Numbered from the stretch's first letter, positions 45,749 through 56,997 are shown. The stretch: 64,000 bases of DNA from Candidatus Saccharimonadia bacterium (GCA_038245115.1 JBBRSS010000001.1:25234-89233), one strand, 5' to 3'. Notes: generated by a model from the sequence alone, not told the origin. Translations and numbers: made by a program.

Positions 45749-48336
45749 CGGCGCTTTTTGTGCTTTTTTGTCGCCGAAGGCTGCCCAATCGGCCGCGTTT
45801 TAGCGCGGCGCTCCGAACGCGACACACCCTGAGTTGGAGGCGAAATTCCATCCATTGCCGCATTGGTTTGGGCTTGCTCGGCCGCCCGCGTTAGCGCGGT
45901 CTCCACCGGAGCCGACTCGGGCGGTAGTTCTTGTTGCACTGTCACCTTAAAGATAGTTGTAGCTACGTCAGCGTCCAACAGCGAAATCAGATGCTTAAAG
46001 ACCCTGAACCCCTCCCGCTTGTACTCCACCAACGGATCGCGTTGGCCAATAGCGCGCAGCCCAATCCCATTCCTGAGACTATCCATGGCCTCCAAGTGTT
46101 CTATCCACAGCCGATCAAGAGCATTAATGTAGGTATAACGCTCAACCATCCGCATTGCTCCTGGAGGGAACTCGTTTGTCCGAGCCTCGTATAGGGCATT
46201 TGCCTCAGCCATCACCAAATCAGTCACTTCCGTATCATGAGCCCGCCGTAGCGTATCCGCCATTTCGTCGGAAACGGGCAAAATACTTCCGATCGCTTCC
46301 CGCAAGGCATCATGGTCGCGCTCACTAGTGCGGCTATCAGTATGGGCCTGCAGCATAGCCGCAACTTCTCCCTGGATCATCTCAAGAATATCGTCCTTAA
46401 GGCTTTCGGCGGCCAGCGCCTTACGGCGACGAGCATAAATCACTTCACGGTGCCGGTTCATTACATCATCGTATTCAACCAATTGTTTACGGGTATCAAA
46501 GTTGTGGCCTTCCACCTTCTTCTGAGCGCTCTCTAGTGATCTGGAAACCAGCTTATTTTCAATGGGAGTCTCGTCGTCAAGACCGAGCGAATCCATAATT
46601 GACGCTATCTTATCCGACCCGAAAATTCGCATCAAATCATCTTCGAGCGAAACGTAAAACTGACTCGAACCAGGATCGCCCTGACGACCACTACGGCCGC
46701 GTAGCTGGTTATCGATCCGCCTCGATTCATGCCGCTCCGTACCCAGCACATGCAGCCCGCCTAGCTCGGCCACACCCTCTTCGAGCACGATGTCCGTACC
46801 GCGACCGGCGATGTTCGTCGCCAGCGTCACAGCGCCGCGCCGACCGGCTCCGGAGATGATCTCGGCCTCAGCCTCGTTATTCTTGGCATTCAAAATCTGG
46901 TGAGTCACCCCGAGTTCGTTCAAATATTGGCTCAGTAGCTCGTTCTTGGCGATCGAAACCGTACCAATCAGCACCGGCTGTCCCTTGGCGTGCATCTGCG
47001 CCACCTCTTTGGCCACCGACCGAAATTTGCCGTCTTCGGTCTTATAGATGCGGTCCGGGTGGTCCTTACGAACCATCTTTTGATGCGTCGGAATTGTTAC
47101 CACATCCAGATTATAAATTTTACTAAATTCTTCGACCTCAGTTGCGGCCGTTCCTGTCATACCCGACAGTTTCTTGTATAGACGAAAATAATTCTGGAAC
47201 GTAATAGTCGCCAACGTCAAAGATTCTTGCTGAATCTTCACCCCTTCCTTGGCCTCAACTGCCTGGTGCAGCCCCTCGCTCCACCGTCGACCCGGCATCA
47301 ACCGGCCCGTAAACTCATCAACAATAATAATTTCGCCGTCACGTACCACATAGTCGCGGTCCCGCAGATATAACGCCCGCGCTCGAACCGATTGCTCAAT
47401 ATGATGCACATCGTCAATTCGCCCCGCCTCATACACGTTTTCCACCCCCAACGCTCGTTCCACTGCTTCAATACCGTTGTCGCTCAACGATACAGCTTTG
47501 AGCTTTTCATCAAGTGTGTAGTCCGTCTCAGGATCCAGCGTTCCAGCCAACCTGGCAAATTCGTAATATTTATCGGTCGCCTCATTGGCCGGTGCCGAAA
47601 TAATTAACGGCGTCCTGGCCTCATCTATCAAGATTGAGTCGACCTCGTCAACAATGGCATAATGCAGCGGCCGCTGAACCATCCGGGTTAGATCATCCAC
47701 CATATTATCTCGCAGGTAGTCGAACCCAAACTCGTTATTTGTCCCGTACGTTATATCGGCTGCGTAAGCCTCGCCTCTCGTAACCGGCCGCAAATGATTC
47801 AACCTTTCATCGCCATGCTCTTCGCTGTTGTACTCGGGATCGTAAATATACGCCGCGTCATGCACAATTACGCCGGTCGACATACCGAGCGCCAAGTATA
47901 CCCGCCCCATCCATCCGCTATGAAGGCTAGCCAAATAATCGTTAACCGTCACCACGTGAGCTCCCTTGCCAGCCAAAGCGTTGAGGTACGTCGGTGCGGT
48001 TGCCACCAGCGTCTTACCTTCACCCGTGCGCATCTCCGCTATCCGGCCGCTATGCAGCACAATTCCACCAACCATTTGTACGTCAAAATGACGCATCCCC
48101 ACCACGCGCACTGCCGCTTCGCGCACCGCCGCAAATGCTTCCGGCAATATATGCTCAAGGGTTTCGCCTTTCTCTAGACGTCCCTTCAGCTTTACCGTCA
48201 CATCCTTAAGCTGCTCGTCGGAGAGCTTTTTCATATCATCTTCGTGGGCGTTTACGCGCACCACAATCACCTGCGCACGCTTAACTTCGCGCACATGTGG
48301 GTCACCCAATATTTTCGTCAATAGTTTATATGCCAT
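45745..48336 (-). CDS. secA: preprotein translocase ATPase SecA
   Basis: The DEAD-like motor with MRHFDVQMVGG and GEGKTLVA is present. The start was chosen at ATG 48336 (the listed TTG is 12 nt upstream). Confidence 0.92.
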   Translation of the reverse strand: MAYKLLTKILGDPHVREVKRAQVIVVRVNAHEDDMKKLSDEQLKDVTVKLKGRLEKGETLEHILPEAFAAVREAAVRVVGMRHFDVQMVGGIVLHSGRIAEMRTGEGKTLVATAPTYLNALAGKGAHVVTVNDYLASLHSGWMGRVYLALGMSTGVIVHDAAYIYDPEYNSEEHGDERLNHLRPVTRGEAYAADITYGTNNEFGFDYLRDNMVDDLTRMVQRPLHYAIVDEVDSILIDEARTPLIISAPANEATDKYYEFARLAGTLDPETDYTLDEKLKAVSLSDNGIEAVERALGVENVYEAGRIDDVHHIEQSVRARALYLRDRDYVVRDGEIIIVDEFTGRLMPGRRWSEGLHQAVEAKEGVKIQQESLTLATITFQNYFRLYKKLSGMTGTAATEVEEFSKIYNLDVVTIPTHQKMVRKDHPDRIYKTEDGKFRSVAKEVAQMHAKGQPVLIGTVSIAKNELLSQYLNELGVTHQILNAKNNEAEAEIISGAGRRGAVTLATNIAGRGTDIVLEEGVAELGGLHVLGTERHESRRIDNQLRGRSGRQGDPGSSQFYVSLEDDLMRIFGSDKIASIMDSLGLDDETPIENKLVSRSLESAQKKVEGHNFDTRKQLVEYDDVMNRHREVIYARRRKALAAESLKDDILEMIQGEVAAMLQAHTDSRTSERDHDALREAIGSILPVSDEMADTLRRAHDTEVTDLVMAEANALYEARTNEFPPGAMRMVERYTYINALDRLWIEHLEAMDSLRNGIGLRAIGQRDPLVEYKREGFRVFKHLISLLDADVATTIFKVTVQQELPPESAPVETALTRAAEQAQTNAAMDGISPPTQGVSRSERRAKTRPIGQPSATKKHKKRR

Positions 48337-48413
48337 AGTTCTTGTCAATCAAAGCCAATACTTAAAGTGAACGCTTCTTAGTGTACCACTGTGCTGCGCC
48401 CAACAAGCAGTAT

Positions 48414-48821
48414 TTACTCTACGGATGCGTCCGGGCTTGCCTCCGACTCAACCGTTGGTGCCGTCCGTCGGCCCAACCACTGCGACAACATCCTCCCGCG
48501 CCTCGGCTCCAGCGCCTTTTTGTTTTTATAGGTTGCCAGCTGCGACCTCAACTTGGCCGCCACAATATCTATGGCGGCGTAAATATTCACGGTCCCCTCT
48601 CGGCTCACCATCGTAGTGCCCTGAACCTTTATCACCACTTCGCAGACGTAGCGGTTATCTTCGCGCCCGCTAACATCATCCTCCAGCACCACCGCGCAAC
48701 TCACTGTCTCACGGACCTTACGCGGCAAGTATTTGCCCAACCCGCCGATTTTTTCGTCAACATAATCCCGCATTTTAGCTTCAACTTCAAAGTTCCTGCT
48801 GGTAACATCGCACTTCATCAT
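48414..48821 (-). CDS. hpf: ribosome hibernation promoting factor (long form)
   Basis: The S30AE/YfiA fold is present (RNFEVEAKMRDYVDEKI...). Confidence 0.8.
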   Translation of the reverse strand: MMKCDVTSRNFEVEAKMRDYVDEKIGGLGKYLPRKVRETVSCAVVLEDDVSGREDNRYVCEVVIKVQGTTMVSREGTVNIYAAIDIVAAKLRSQLATYKNKKALEPRRGRMLSQWLGRRTAPTVESEASPDASVE

Positions 48822-50122
48822 AAAAACTCCCCTCCATAATATTTCACCAATGCTTTTGGCACTTTAACCCGGCCATCGGGTTGCTGATAATTCTCAATAA
48901 TGGCTATCAACGGACGTTGCGAGAGAGCCGTAGCGTCGTTGGTATGCGCCAGCTCCACCTCACCGCCAGCCCGCCTCACCCGCAGCTGCAAACGCCGGGT
49001 TTGGTAGTCTGTCATATAATCAGCCGTGTGCGTTTCGCGATACTTATCCTGACCCGGCAGCCATGTATCAATATCTACCCCTCGAGCATTCGGCTTGCCA
49101 ATATCGGCCGTGCATTTCATTACCACCCGATATGGCAGCCCCAGCTCACTCATGAGGTACTCTTGGATCGCAATCAGAAAAAGATGCTCATCAAGTGACG
49201 TTTCGGGCGTCGTAATACTTTCCATCTCGAGCTTATCGAACTGATGCATGCGCAAAATCCCCTCCATGTCTTTGCCATACGTTCCAGCCTCTTTGCGAAA
49301 ACTCGTCGCGAACCCCGCGTAACGAATGGGTAGGTCTGACTCGGGGATAATCTCGCCCGCGTGCATCGAACCCAGTACGTGCTCGGCGCTGCCTTGCAGC
49401 CACAGCTCCTCGCCCTCAATTTTGTACCGATCTTCCCGTGGTTCCAACCGGTCCATCGCATCGTAAGGCTCAGTCCGTATCATTAGTGGCGGCAACACCG
49501 GAACAAACGGCTTAGTACTCACCTTATTAAGCCCGGCCTCTTCGGCAATGCGGGCCAGCGTAGCCTCGTTACCCAATATATCGAGGGCAAAGTTAATCAT
49601 TGCCATATTCAGCCGAACCAGCTCACCTTTTAGGTAGGCAAACCGCGACCCGGACACTTTGGCCGCCCGCTCCTTATCTATCCAGCCGCGCGCCTCACCG
49701 ATTTCCCAGTGATTCTTAAAATCGAAATCAAATTTGGTTGGCTCACCCACGATTTTAGCTACGACGTTTTCATCCTCAGTCTTACCAATTGGCACGTCGT
49801 CTGTCGGAATATTTGGGACTTGCTTCAGTAGTTTCTTGTAGCTATCGTCAACCTCTGCGTATTCGGATTCTAGCTTAGCCAGGACCTCTTTGAGCTTCTT
49901 TCCGGCTTCGATCTGTTCCGGACCGGGCTTACCTGCCTTTAGGCTATCCGACAGCTCATTGCGCTCCCGACGAACATCCTCCGTCTTCGTAGTCAATTCG
50001 CGCCGTTTAGTGTCGAAGGTTATGAGCTGATCAATCTCATCCGCCGAAATGGAAGCATTCTTGTTCTTCGCTGCTGCTTTTACTAGGTCTGGGTGCTCGC
50101 GCAAAATCCGAATGTCTATCAT
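48818..50122 (-). CDS. serS: serine--tRNA ligase
   Basis: An N-terminal coiled-coil arm is followed by a class II core. The start was chosen at ATG 50122 with GGAGG 4 nt upstream. Confidence 0.9.
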   Translation of the reverse strand: MIDIRILREHPDLVKAAAKNKNASISADEIDQLITFDTKRRELTTKTEDVRRERNELSDSLKAGKPGPEQIEAGKKLKEVLAKLESEYAEVDDSYKKLLKQVPNIPTDDVPIGKTEDENVVAKIVGEPTKFDFDFKNHWEIGEARGWIDKERAAKVSGSRFAYLKGELVRLNMAMINFALDILGNEATLARIAEEAGLNKVSTKPFVPVLPPLMIRTEPYDAMDRLEPREDRYKIEGEELWLQGSAEHVLGSMHAGEIIPESDLPIRYAGFATSFRKEAGTYGKDMEGILRMHQFDKLEMESITTPETSLDEHLFLIAIQEYLMSELGLPYRVVMKCTADIGKPNARGVDIDTWLPGQDKYRETHTADYMTDYQTRRLQLRVRRAGGEVELAHTNDATALSQRPLIAIIENYQQPDGRVKVPKALVKYYGGEFL

Positions 50123-50216
50123 ATTGCCTCCGTATGGCTCAATTATACTCGTGCCAGCCTCAACCAACAAACTCGAGCATTAAAGCCCAAAAGAGCTCGG
50201 AGTAGGCAAATATAGC

Positions 50217-51776
50217 CTACTCTGCTCCCCTTAGTCGCTCCACGAGCCACTCCTGGTCCAACGAAGCCAAAAACCAGCCGGCCTTCGGGCCCGAATCTTG
50301 TCCCAGAATCACTCGATACAGAGCCACAAACGCCTGACCCGGCTTCAATCCCGCAACCTCAGCCGACGCATAAATAGCATCATGCATCCCTTGCCCATTC
50401 AGATTATGTTCAGCCTCAACAACCTCAGCCAGTTTAGTCAAAAACCCGTGCTGCTCCTCGCTCAACTCAACCCCAGGCATCGTCTCTTGCACCGTAAACT
50501 TCACACTCGGCGGCGCATACTTCTCCAGCCAATTCGCAACAAACACCAGTTCGCGCTCAATAACCGTCCAGTGCTGCTGCACTTCTTGCTCGTACCCGGT
50601 TCGTTCCAAAATCTCCTTAACTACTTCACCCTTGCCTCGAGCAGCCTGATATACCGCCACCAAATGGCTAAACGCAATCCGCGAGATCGTTCGCTCACCA
50701 CCAATAGCAGTAGCCACCAGATAAGCCTGCTCAAATTCCGGATGGTTCCCTTTGAGTACCTCGTCTTCAAGCTTCGAAAACTCATCAATCAAATTAAATA
50801 ACCCCAACCCCGAATCAAAATAAAGTATCCGTTTTGGCATCGATTTGAAAACAAAATAACGCAGAATTTCCGGTGGCATTACCTCTAGCGCCTCGGCCGG
50901 CGTTACCAAATTGCCCAAAGACGAACTCATTTTTTTATTGTCGCCCAACAAATTGATCGTATCGTAGGTCAACGGCAGTGGCGGCTCGGCGTGGAATATC
51001 TGCCGAATAAACGCTGCCCCCGTATCGTACGACCCGCCCTTTGTCCCGTGCTCTTTTCCGAATGGCTCTACGCGTACGTTATGCAGCGCCCATCTAGCCG
51101 GCCAATCCAGCCGCCAATTCAGCTTAACCTGACCATCGGCATACGACATCTCCCCCTCAGTACCGTCGGCTCGACGGTACGTCAGTGTCTTAGTCCCAAC
51201 GTCGTGCTTCACGTAACGCCAATCATTCAAACTCTTTGAATCACTAATAATCTGGATTGGTGCCCAATCCTCGGGCAAATCTCGGTGTGAAACTTCTTTG
51301 AGTATTACTTTAATGGCCCCAATACTGGCCAGCGCCTGCTCGATATACGGCACCATTTTCCCCGTCTGGTATTGATCTTCATACGAATAAATCACGTCCA
51401 TCACTACGCCCATTTGAACCGCCGCCGATTTAAACTCCTCCGTAAAATGCACCACATACGAAGCATGGCAGCCCCACGGATCCGGCACCAGGCAAATTGG
51501 CCAACCCACATACTGCTCAAACTCCTCCGGCAAAAAACTGTAGCGCCGGCGTAACGGATCAAAGTTATCCACCACATGAAGATGCCGAGCGTTCCGACCC
51601 TTCTGCCTCAGTCCCCAGGCGATCGCGTCAGCCGTTAACGCTTCACGAAAATGCCCAATGTGATATGAAGCCGATGGCGAAATGCCGCTCGACACCACAA
51701 TCTCCCCCTCAGGGTATTTTTCAATTGCTTGATCAACAACCATATCCAGCCAATATTTGCTTTGCGGTTCACTCAT
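50217..51776 (-). CDS. lysK: lysine--tRNA ligase, class I (archaeal type)
   Basis: A HIGH motif (SYHIGHFRE) and a KMSKS motif (KKMSSS) are present. The start was chosen at ATG 51776; a TTG at 51821 is an alternative. Confidence 0.8.
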   Translation of the reverse strand: MSEPQSKYWLDMVVDQAIEKYPEGEIVVSSGISPSASYHIGHFREALTADAIAWGLRQKGRNARHLHVVDNFDPLRRRYSFLPEEFEQYVGWPICLVPDPWGCHASYVVHFTEEFKSAAVQMGVVMDVIYSYEDQYQTGKMVPYIEQALASIGAIKVILKEVSHRDLPEDWAPIQIISDSKSLNDWRYVKHDVGTKTLTYRRADGTEGEMSYADGQVKLNWRLDWPARWALHNVRVEPFGKEHGTKGGSYDTGAAFIRQIFHAEPPLPLTYDTINLLGDNKKMSSSLGNLVTPAEALEVMPPEILRYFVFKSMPKRILYFDSGLGLFNLIDEFSKLEDEVLKGNHPEFEQAYLVATAIGGERTISRIAFSHLVAVYQAARGKGEVVKEILERTGYEQEVQQHWTVIERELVFVANWLEKYAPPSVKFTVQETMPGVELSEEQHGFLTKLAEVVEAEHNLNGQGMHDAIYASAEVAGLKPGQAFVALYRVILGQDSGPKAGWFLASLDQEWLVERLRGAE

Positions 51777-51785
51777 GTCGCCTAT

Positions 51786-51818
51786 TTTAACCGAAAAACC
51801 GCTCTCGAGCGAGAGCGG
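51786..51818 (-). terminator. rho-independent terminator after greA
   Basis: The stem ccgctctc/gagagcgg (loop gagc) is followed on the minus strand by tttttcggtt. Confidence 0.6.
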
Positions 51819-51845
51819 CAATTCAAAATCAGCAAATACTTGTGT

Positions 51846-52313
51846 TTAGGAAATCTTCTTAATACGATAAACCATCGTCCCCGACGGTACCTCTACGTGC
51901 ACTTCGTCGCCAGGCTTCTTACCCAATAGCGCCTTGCCGATCGGCGATTGATCAGAGATATAACCCTTGTCCGGATTGGCCTCGGTTGATCCCACGATCA
52001 CGTAGTGCTGCTCACCCTCTTCCAGCTCCACGTGGACCGTCGATCCAAGAGATACCGCCCCTGTCGGTTTGTTTGAAATCACTGCGGCGTGCTTCAGAAT
52101 ATTTTCAATCTCCGCGATGCGACCTTCTACAAAACTCTGCTCATCACGAGCGGCATCATACATGGCATTTTCGCTCAAATCCCCGTCAGCCTTTGCCTCC
52201 TTGAGCCGCTGGGCAATCTCGCCGCGCTTCGAGGTAGTGAGCTCCAATAGCTCATCTTTGAGTGCCTGTAAACCATCGGCTGTCAGGTAAAATTCGTTCT
52301 TTGTTGCATTCAT
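51846..52313 (-). CDS. greA: transcription elongation factor GreA
   Basis: The N-terminal coiled coil contains acidic tip residues and is followed by the FKBP-like C-domain. Confidence 0.9.
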   Translation of the reverse strand: MNATKNEFYLTADGLQALKDELLELTTSKRGEIAQRLKEAKADGDLSENAMYDAARDEQSFVEGRIAEIENILKHAAVISNKPTGAVSLGSTVHVELEEGEQHYVIVGSTEANPDKGYISDQSPIGKALLGKKPGDEVHVEVPSGTMVYRIKKIS

Positions 52314-52503
52314 AATTGGACTCCTATTCGTCTAGCTAAACCTTCAAAAGGGTGAAAAAAATCCCCGGGAACAACCCCGAGCCTGAAAGTTCAGCACGAT
52401 AAGTTTTACTTTCACTTACTGAAATATTTAATTTTGTCTGCTAATACTGGCTCAACCTTGTCGCTCAGTCAATAGCATAAATTAACAAAATCTGTGGATA
52501 ACT

Positions 52504-54504
52504 CTAGTGCTTTGCGCCGGCTCCTTGGGTGAAATACCATTGCAAAGTTTCCCTTGTTGCAGGTACGGCATATTCCGCGCCCTCCCCAGCTTTTTCCAAC
52601 AGAACTACAGTCACGATCTGAGGATTATTAGCCGGCGCATACGCCTCGAACCACGAATGTGGCAGCACATTATTATTTGGATCCGTTTCGGCGGAACCGG
52701 TTTTACCTGCTACCGGCACCGGCACGTCACGCTCCATAAAACAACAAGCTGTCCCCTGCGGGCTGGACACTGTATCACGCATCGCCTGTCGAATCAACTC
52801 TAAGTTTGATCCCGAGATAAAATCTTGACGTACCACCGCCGGTTTTATTGTTTCAACAGTCTTCCCGTTTGCATCCTGTATTTGCGCCACAAAGTGCGGC
52901 ACAAATAATGTCCCGCCATTCGCAATCGAGCCCAACGCCATCGCCATCTGCAAGGGTGAAGCCAAAATATCCCCCTGTCCGACGGCAATATTATAAGTGT
53001 CCCCCGTATACCAAGGCTGACCCGAAAACTTCTTCTTCCAATCTGGCGTCGGCACCCTCCCGGCAGTTTCGCCCGGGATATCAACTCCCGTGCGACTCCC
53101 CAGACCAAATTTCTGATAATACGCCGTTAATTTTTCAACCCCCAAGTACCGCGTAAAATTCGTAAATCCACCCGCTATGGTATAAAAGTAGATATCCGAC
53201 GACCGTGCAATCGCTGAAAATAAGTTCACCACCCCCAGCCCGCTATGCTCCCACCCCTTGTAGATATAATGAATCGACTTGTCATAAGGATTTACAACGT
53301 CTAACTGCCCTGTGTCGTTTATGGTAGTGTCTTTGGTTATAATCCCCTCCTGCAACGCTGCTGAAGCCGCCAACGGCTTAATGATCGACCCGGTCGGATA
53401 CGCCCCGGAGAGCACTTTATTGAACAATGGCTGACCGGAATCGTTCACCAATTTCTGATAGTCTACCTGCGATATTCCTCGGCTAAATTGATTGTTGTCG
53501 TAAGACGGTAACGACACCGCTGCCAGCACTTCGCCCGTTTTGGGGTTGATTGCCACACCCGCGGCGCGCTTTGCTCCCGCGAGCACCATTTGCTTGCTTA
53601 TCGACTCGGCAAACTTACGTTCCAACGCCATATCAATCGACAAGACAACATTATTTCCCGCTACCGGCTCCCTGCTTGCCAAAACTTTAATCGGTCGGCC
53701 CATGGCATCCACTTCGGTGCGCTCACCGCCGTTAACGCCGCGCAACTGGTCCTCATACTTCTTTTCCAGCCCAAGCTTGCCTATAAGGTCCGTAGGGCCG
53801 TACGTAGCGTCTGAGACCGCCTCCTCGCCATTAACGCGGCCCGTATACCCCAGAAAAGCTGACAGCAAATTATCGTCGCTATATTCCCTGATAGGGTTAA
53901 CGTCCAATGCAAAGCCGGGCAGAGTATTGGCCGATTGCTCCACTAACAGTGCCATGTCTCGCGGCACCCCGCTCATCACCAGCTGCGACACCGGGCTGGT
54001 CATACAGCCGGGCTCGTGTGTCTTGCAGCTCACTTCTGCCTTGGCTTGAACGTCCGCCGGACTCATCCCGATCATCACACCAATCCGGGCATATTCCGCC
54101 GTGCGCTCGGTCTCGGTAGCAGGCAACAGCTGCGGTACTGCCGTCACATCGTAGCTGGCCTGATTCCGCGCCAGGACTACCTTGTTTCGATCATATATTA
54201 CACCCCTTGGCGCCCTAGCCACCCGCTCCCGCACCCGATTTCCATTCGCCAAAGCCAAGTTACCGTTACCGCCCAGCACTTGCAAGCTAAACAACCTCAA
54301 AGCCAATATCCCTATTGCCAGCATGCCAACCAGGCCAAATATCATCAGCGGACGCCGATTGGTCTCCCCCTCCGGTGTCTCAATTTGTACATCGGCTGGC
54401 AATATTGCCTCAGACCACTCTTCGTGCTTGGCGGTCTCGCGACCCAACTTCAAATCGCGATGAGCTCCACCATTTTCCAGATAACCAAATATCGACTTAC
54501 GCAC
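52504..54504 (-). CDS. mrdA: class B penicillin-binding protein 2 (elongasome transpeptidase)
   Basis: STGSIIKP (SxxK) and KTGSAE are present. It lies immediately upstream of the mreDCB genes. It has a GTG start. Confidence 0.8.
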   Translation of the reverse strand: MRKSIFGYLENGGAHRDLKLGRETAKHEEWSEAILPADVQIETPEGETNRRPLMIFGLVGMLAIGILALRLFSLQVLGGNGNLALANGNRVRERVARAPRGVIYDRNKVVLARNQASYDVTAVPQLLPATETERTAEYARIGVMIGMSPADVQAKAEVSCKTHEPGCMTSPVSQLVMSGVPRDMALLVEQSANTLPGFALDVNPIREYSDDNLLSAFLGYTGRVNGEEAVSDATYGPTDLIGKLGLEKKYEDQLRGVNGGERTEVDAMGRPIKVLASREPVAGNNVVLSIDMALERKFAESISKQMVLAGAKRAAGVAINPKTGEVLAAVSLPSYDNNQFSRGISQVDYQKLVNDSGQPLFNKVLSGAYPTGSIIKPLAASAALQEGIITKDTTINDTGQLDVVNPYDKSIHYIYKGWEHSGLGVVNLFSAIARSSDIYFYTIAGGFTNFTRYLGVEKLTAYYQKFGLGSRTGVDIPGETAGRVPTPDWKKKFSGQPWYTGDTYNIAVGQGDILASPLQMAMALGSIANGGTLFVPHFVAQIQDANGKTVETIKPAVVRQDFISGSNLELIRQAMRDTVSSPQGTACCFMERDVPVPVAGKTGSAETDPNNNVLPHSWFEAYAPANNPQIVTVVLLEKAGEGAEYAVPATRETLQWYFTQGAGAKH

Positions 54505-55008
54505 CTAAACCCCCGACTCAGCCTGCGGTCCACTCCTGCCAAGCAACAGGCGAACCGGCGGCCGCAACATCATCGTTAACAGCAAGTTTATCACAAGCTC
54601 AATTATCAATTGCTGAGTCAAATACGCTGCCGGCCAATGCCCGACACTCGGCACCAACGCAACCAATATCACCAAGCTAATCACCAGCGTTCCGGATGCA
54701 ACCAACACCAACGGGATGAGCAGCCGATCGAGCTCCAGGCCCGCCCGATGCACAATCCCAACTACCAATGCAATCAATACCATTCCCCCCGTCCATAAAC
54801 CAAAATTCGACCCACCGGCCAAATCGAGAACCAATCCGCTCAAAGCCGCTAATATCAGAGCTTCGCTGGTGGCCACACCCAGCGCCACCAGTACCATCAT
54901 GACCAGCGCCAAATTCGGCACTATCCCAAACAATCTAACTGCCGGCAAAAAACTCACCTGCAAAATGACCGCCATACCCATCAGCAAGATTGCGGCCAGT
55001 CGCCTCAT
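54505..55008 (-). CDS. mreD: rod shape-determining protein MreD
   Basis: Small polytopic membrane protein downstream of mreC. Confidence 0.7.
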   Translation of the reverse strand: MRRLAAILLMGMAVILQVSFLPAVRLFGIVPNLALVMMVLVALGVATSEALILAALSGLVLDLAGGSNFGLWTGGMVLIALVVGIVHRAGLELDRLLIPLVLVASGTLVISLVILVALVPSVGHWPAAYLTQQLIIELVINLLLTMMLRPPVRLLLGRSGPQAESGV

Positions 55009-55802
55009 TGGCCCAGCACCACATACACAAATCTCAGCCCACTTACCCTAAATTCGGTCGCAATTTGGGCCGATTGGAATACAACGTTAGAGTGCGTATT
55101 CACCGACTGGACCTTGCCAATCAACAAGCCTGCGGGAACTTGACCGCCCAGCCCGGCGGTGGTTACGCTATCGCCGGGTTTAATACTGTCAGTCTGACCA
55201 ATCTCATCGAGCACCAACCCATTACCCAATTGCCCGCGCAAAATCCCCATTGCCTGCGTATCCTGATCTTTGGCTGCTAGCTTAAACTCCGGGTCAGTTA
55301 CCAGCATTATTCGCGATGAAGTTGGCTGTACATCGACGATTGTTCCGATCAAGACGCCGCCGGCAGTTACGCCCATGCCAGGCACAATTCCTGCCTTTGA
55401 ACCCTTATTAATAATCACGAATTGTCGATATGAATCCGGCGCATACATCACCACCTCAGCTGCCGCTTGCCGCAACGTTCCAGCCACATCCAGGCCCAAC
55501 TGCTTACGCAATAAGTCATTATCGCTACGTGTCTCAGCATCAGCCGCCAACCGTTGACGTAAGTCGGCATTTTCATGCTCAAGCCTGACGTTCTCACGAG
55601 CCAGAGCACTCACCCGCGTCAAGTTTGACAACGCATCACCAGCCGTCACTCCAGCCGAGCTAAACCCCCGTGACACCGGAGCAATCGTATGCTCAAACAC
55701 CCATAGCACCGGCCCCAACCGACCAACACCCCCTGCCACCACCAACGCAGCCCCTAGTGCCACCACAACAATTATTCGGCGATTAGCTTTCGACCGATTC
55801 AT
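55005..55802 (-). CDS. mreC: rod shape-determining protein MreC
   Basis: A TM segment, a coiled coil (ENVRLEHENADLRQRL) and beta domains are present. Confidence 0.8.
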   Translation of the reverse strand: MNRSKANRRIIVVVALGAALVVAGGVGRLGPVLWVFEHTIAPVSRGFSSAGVTAGDALSNLTRVSALARENVRLEHENADLRQRLAADAETRSDNDLLRKQLGLDVAGTLRQAAAEVVMYAPDSYRQFVIINKGSKAGIVPGMGVTAGGVLIGTIVDVQPTSSRIMLVTDPEFKLAAKDQDTQAMGILRGQLGNGLVLDEIGQTDSIKPGDSVTTAGLGGQVPAGLLIGKVQSVNTHSNVVFQSAQIATEFRVSGLRFVYVVLGQ

Positions 55803-55941
55803 TTATGCGCCCCTAGGCAGGTGCATACGAGAATGGAGTACAAGGAGCCATCGAGCAACGCCAGCAAGCGGTACTCAAACGTACGATGAGCGCGTAGCGC
55901 AGATTGTGACGCCGTAGTCCGTCGCGTATGCGCCTGCCCCA

Positions 55942-56997
55942 TCATGCTCGGGGAATTTTCCCGTACTGAGTGGGCACCAGAACTTCCTTCAAAGCATCGA
56001 TATCCTCCAGCACCAAACCCGTACCGCGCACCACTGCCGTCAATGGATCTTCGGCAATATGCACCGGCATCTTCGTTTCGCGCACCAATACCGCATCGAG
56101 TCCCTTTAGCAGCGCACCGCCGCCCGCCAGGATAATTCCGCGATCCATAATGTCCGCCACCAGCTCCGGCGGCGTCTCTTCGATTGTCAATTTTACCGCT
56201 TCAATAATTTCTCGAACACTCTTTGCCAGCGCCGACCGAATTTGATCCCCGGTCACCATAATCTCTTTCGGCAGGCCCGTAACCAAATCGCGCCCGCGCA
56301 TTGGCATCTCTTTTAACCCCGCGATCGGATAGGCCGATCCGATGGCAATTTTGATGTTCTCCGCTGTACGTTCACCAATTTGCAGGTTAAATTGCTCCCG
56401 GGCGTACAGAATAATGTCCTCAGACAATTCATCACCGGCTATCCTGAGGCTTCTCGAAGCCACTATTCCGCCCAACGAAATAATTGCCACCTCCGTGGTG
56501 CCCCCGCCAATATCCACGATCATGCTGCCAGCCGCATCCTGAATTGGCAACCGACTCCCAATAGCCGCCGCCATCGGCTCCTCTATCAAAAACGTCTGCC
56601 GAGCACCGGCATTAGTCGCCGCATCCTCCACGGCGCGTTTCTCCACCTCGGTAACCCCGCTCGGAATGCCCACCACCACCCGCGGCCGCGGGAAGATTGC
56701 ATACGTTTCTTTGTGAACCTTATTAATGAAATACTTCAACATCTGCTCAGTCACTTCAAAATCACTCACCACCCCATCCACCAACGGCCGCGTTGCCACA
56801 ATCGAAGCCGGCGTTTTGCCCACCATCTTCTTGGCCTCGTCACCAATCGCCAATACCTGACGGGTTTTCACGTTAATCGCCACCACGCTAGGTTCGTTTA
56901 TCACTATCCCCTTGCCGCGCACATACACCAAGGTATTGGCCGTACCAAGGTCAATACCAATGTCATGCGACAACAGTCCGAGCAACCGGTTTATCAT
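55942..56997 (-). CDS. mreB: rod shape-determining actin homolog MreB
   Basis: DIGIDLGTANTLVY is the actin-fold phosphate-1 motif. Confidence 0.92.
   Translation of the reverse strand: MINRLLGLLSHDIGIDLGTANTLVYVRGKGIVINEPSVVAINVKTRQVLAIGDEAKKMVGKTPASIVATRPLVDGVVSDFEVTEQMLKYFINKVHKETYAIFPRPRVVVGIPSGVTEVEKRAVEDAATNAGARQTFLIEEPMAAAIGSRLPIQDAAGSMIVDIGGGTTEVAIISLGGIVASRSLRIAGDELSEDIILYAREQFNLQIGERTAENIKIAIGSAYPIAGLKEMPMRGRDLVTGLPKEIMVTGDQIRSALAKSVREIIEAVKLTIEETPPELVADIMDRGIILAGGGALLKGLDAVLVRETKMPVHIAEDPLTAVVRGTGLVLEDIDALKEVLVPTQYGKIPRA

Noticed and set aside
55803-55941. 140-nt mreB-mreC spacer and 113-nt mreB-proS spacer as regulatory RNAs
   Set aside because: They contain only short imperfect stems and no promoter/terminator pair or conserved motif. 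They are probably ordinary operon spacers.
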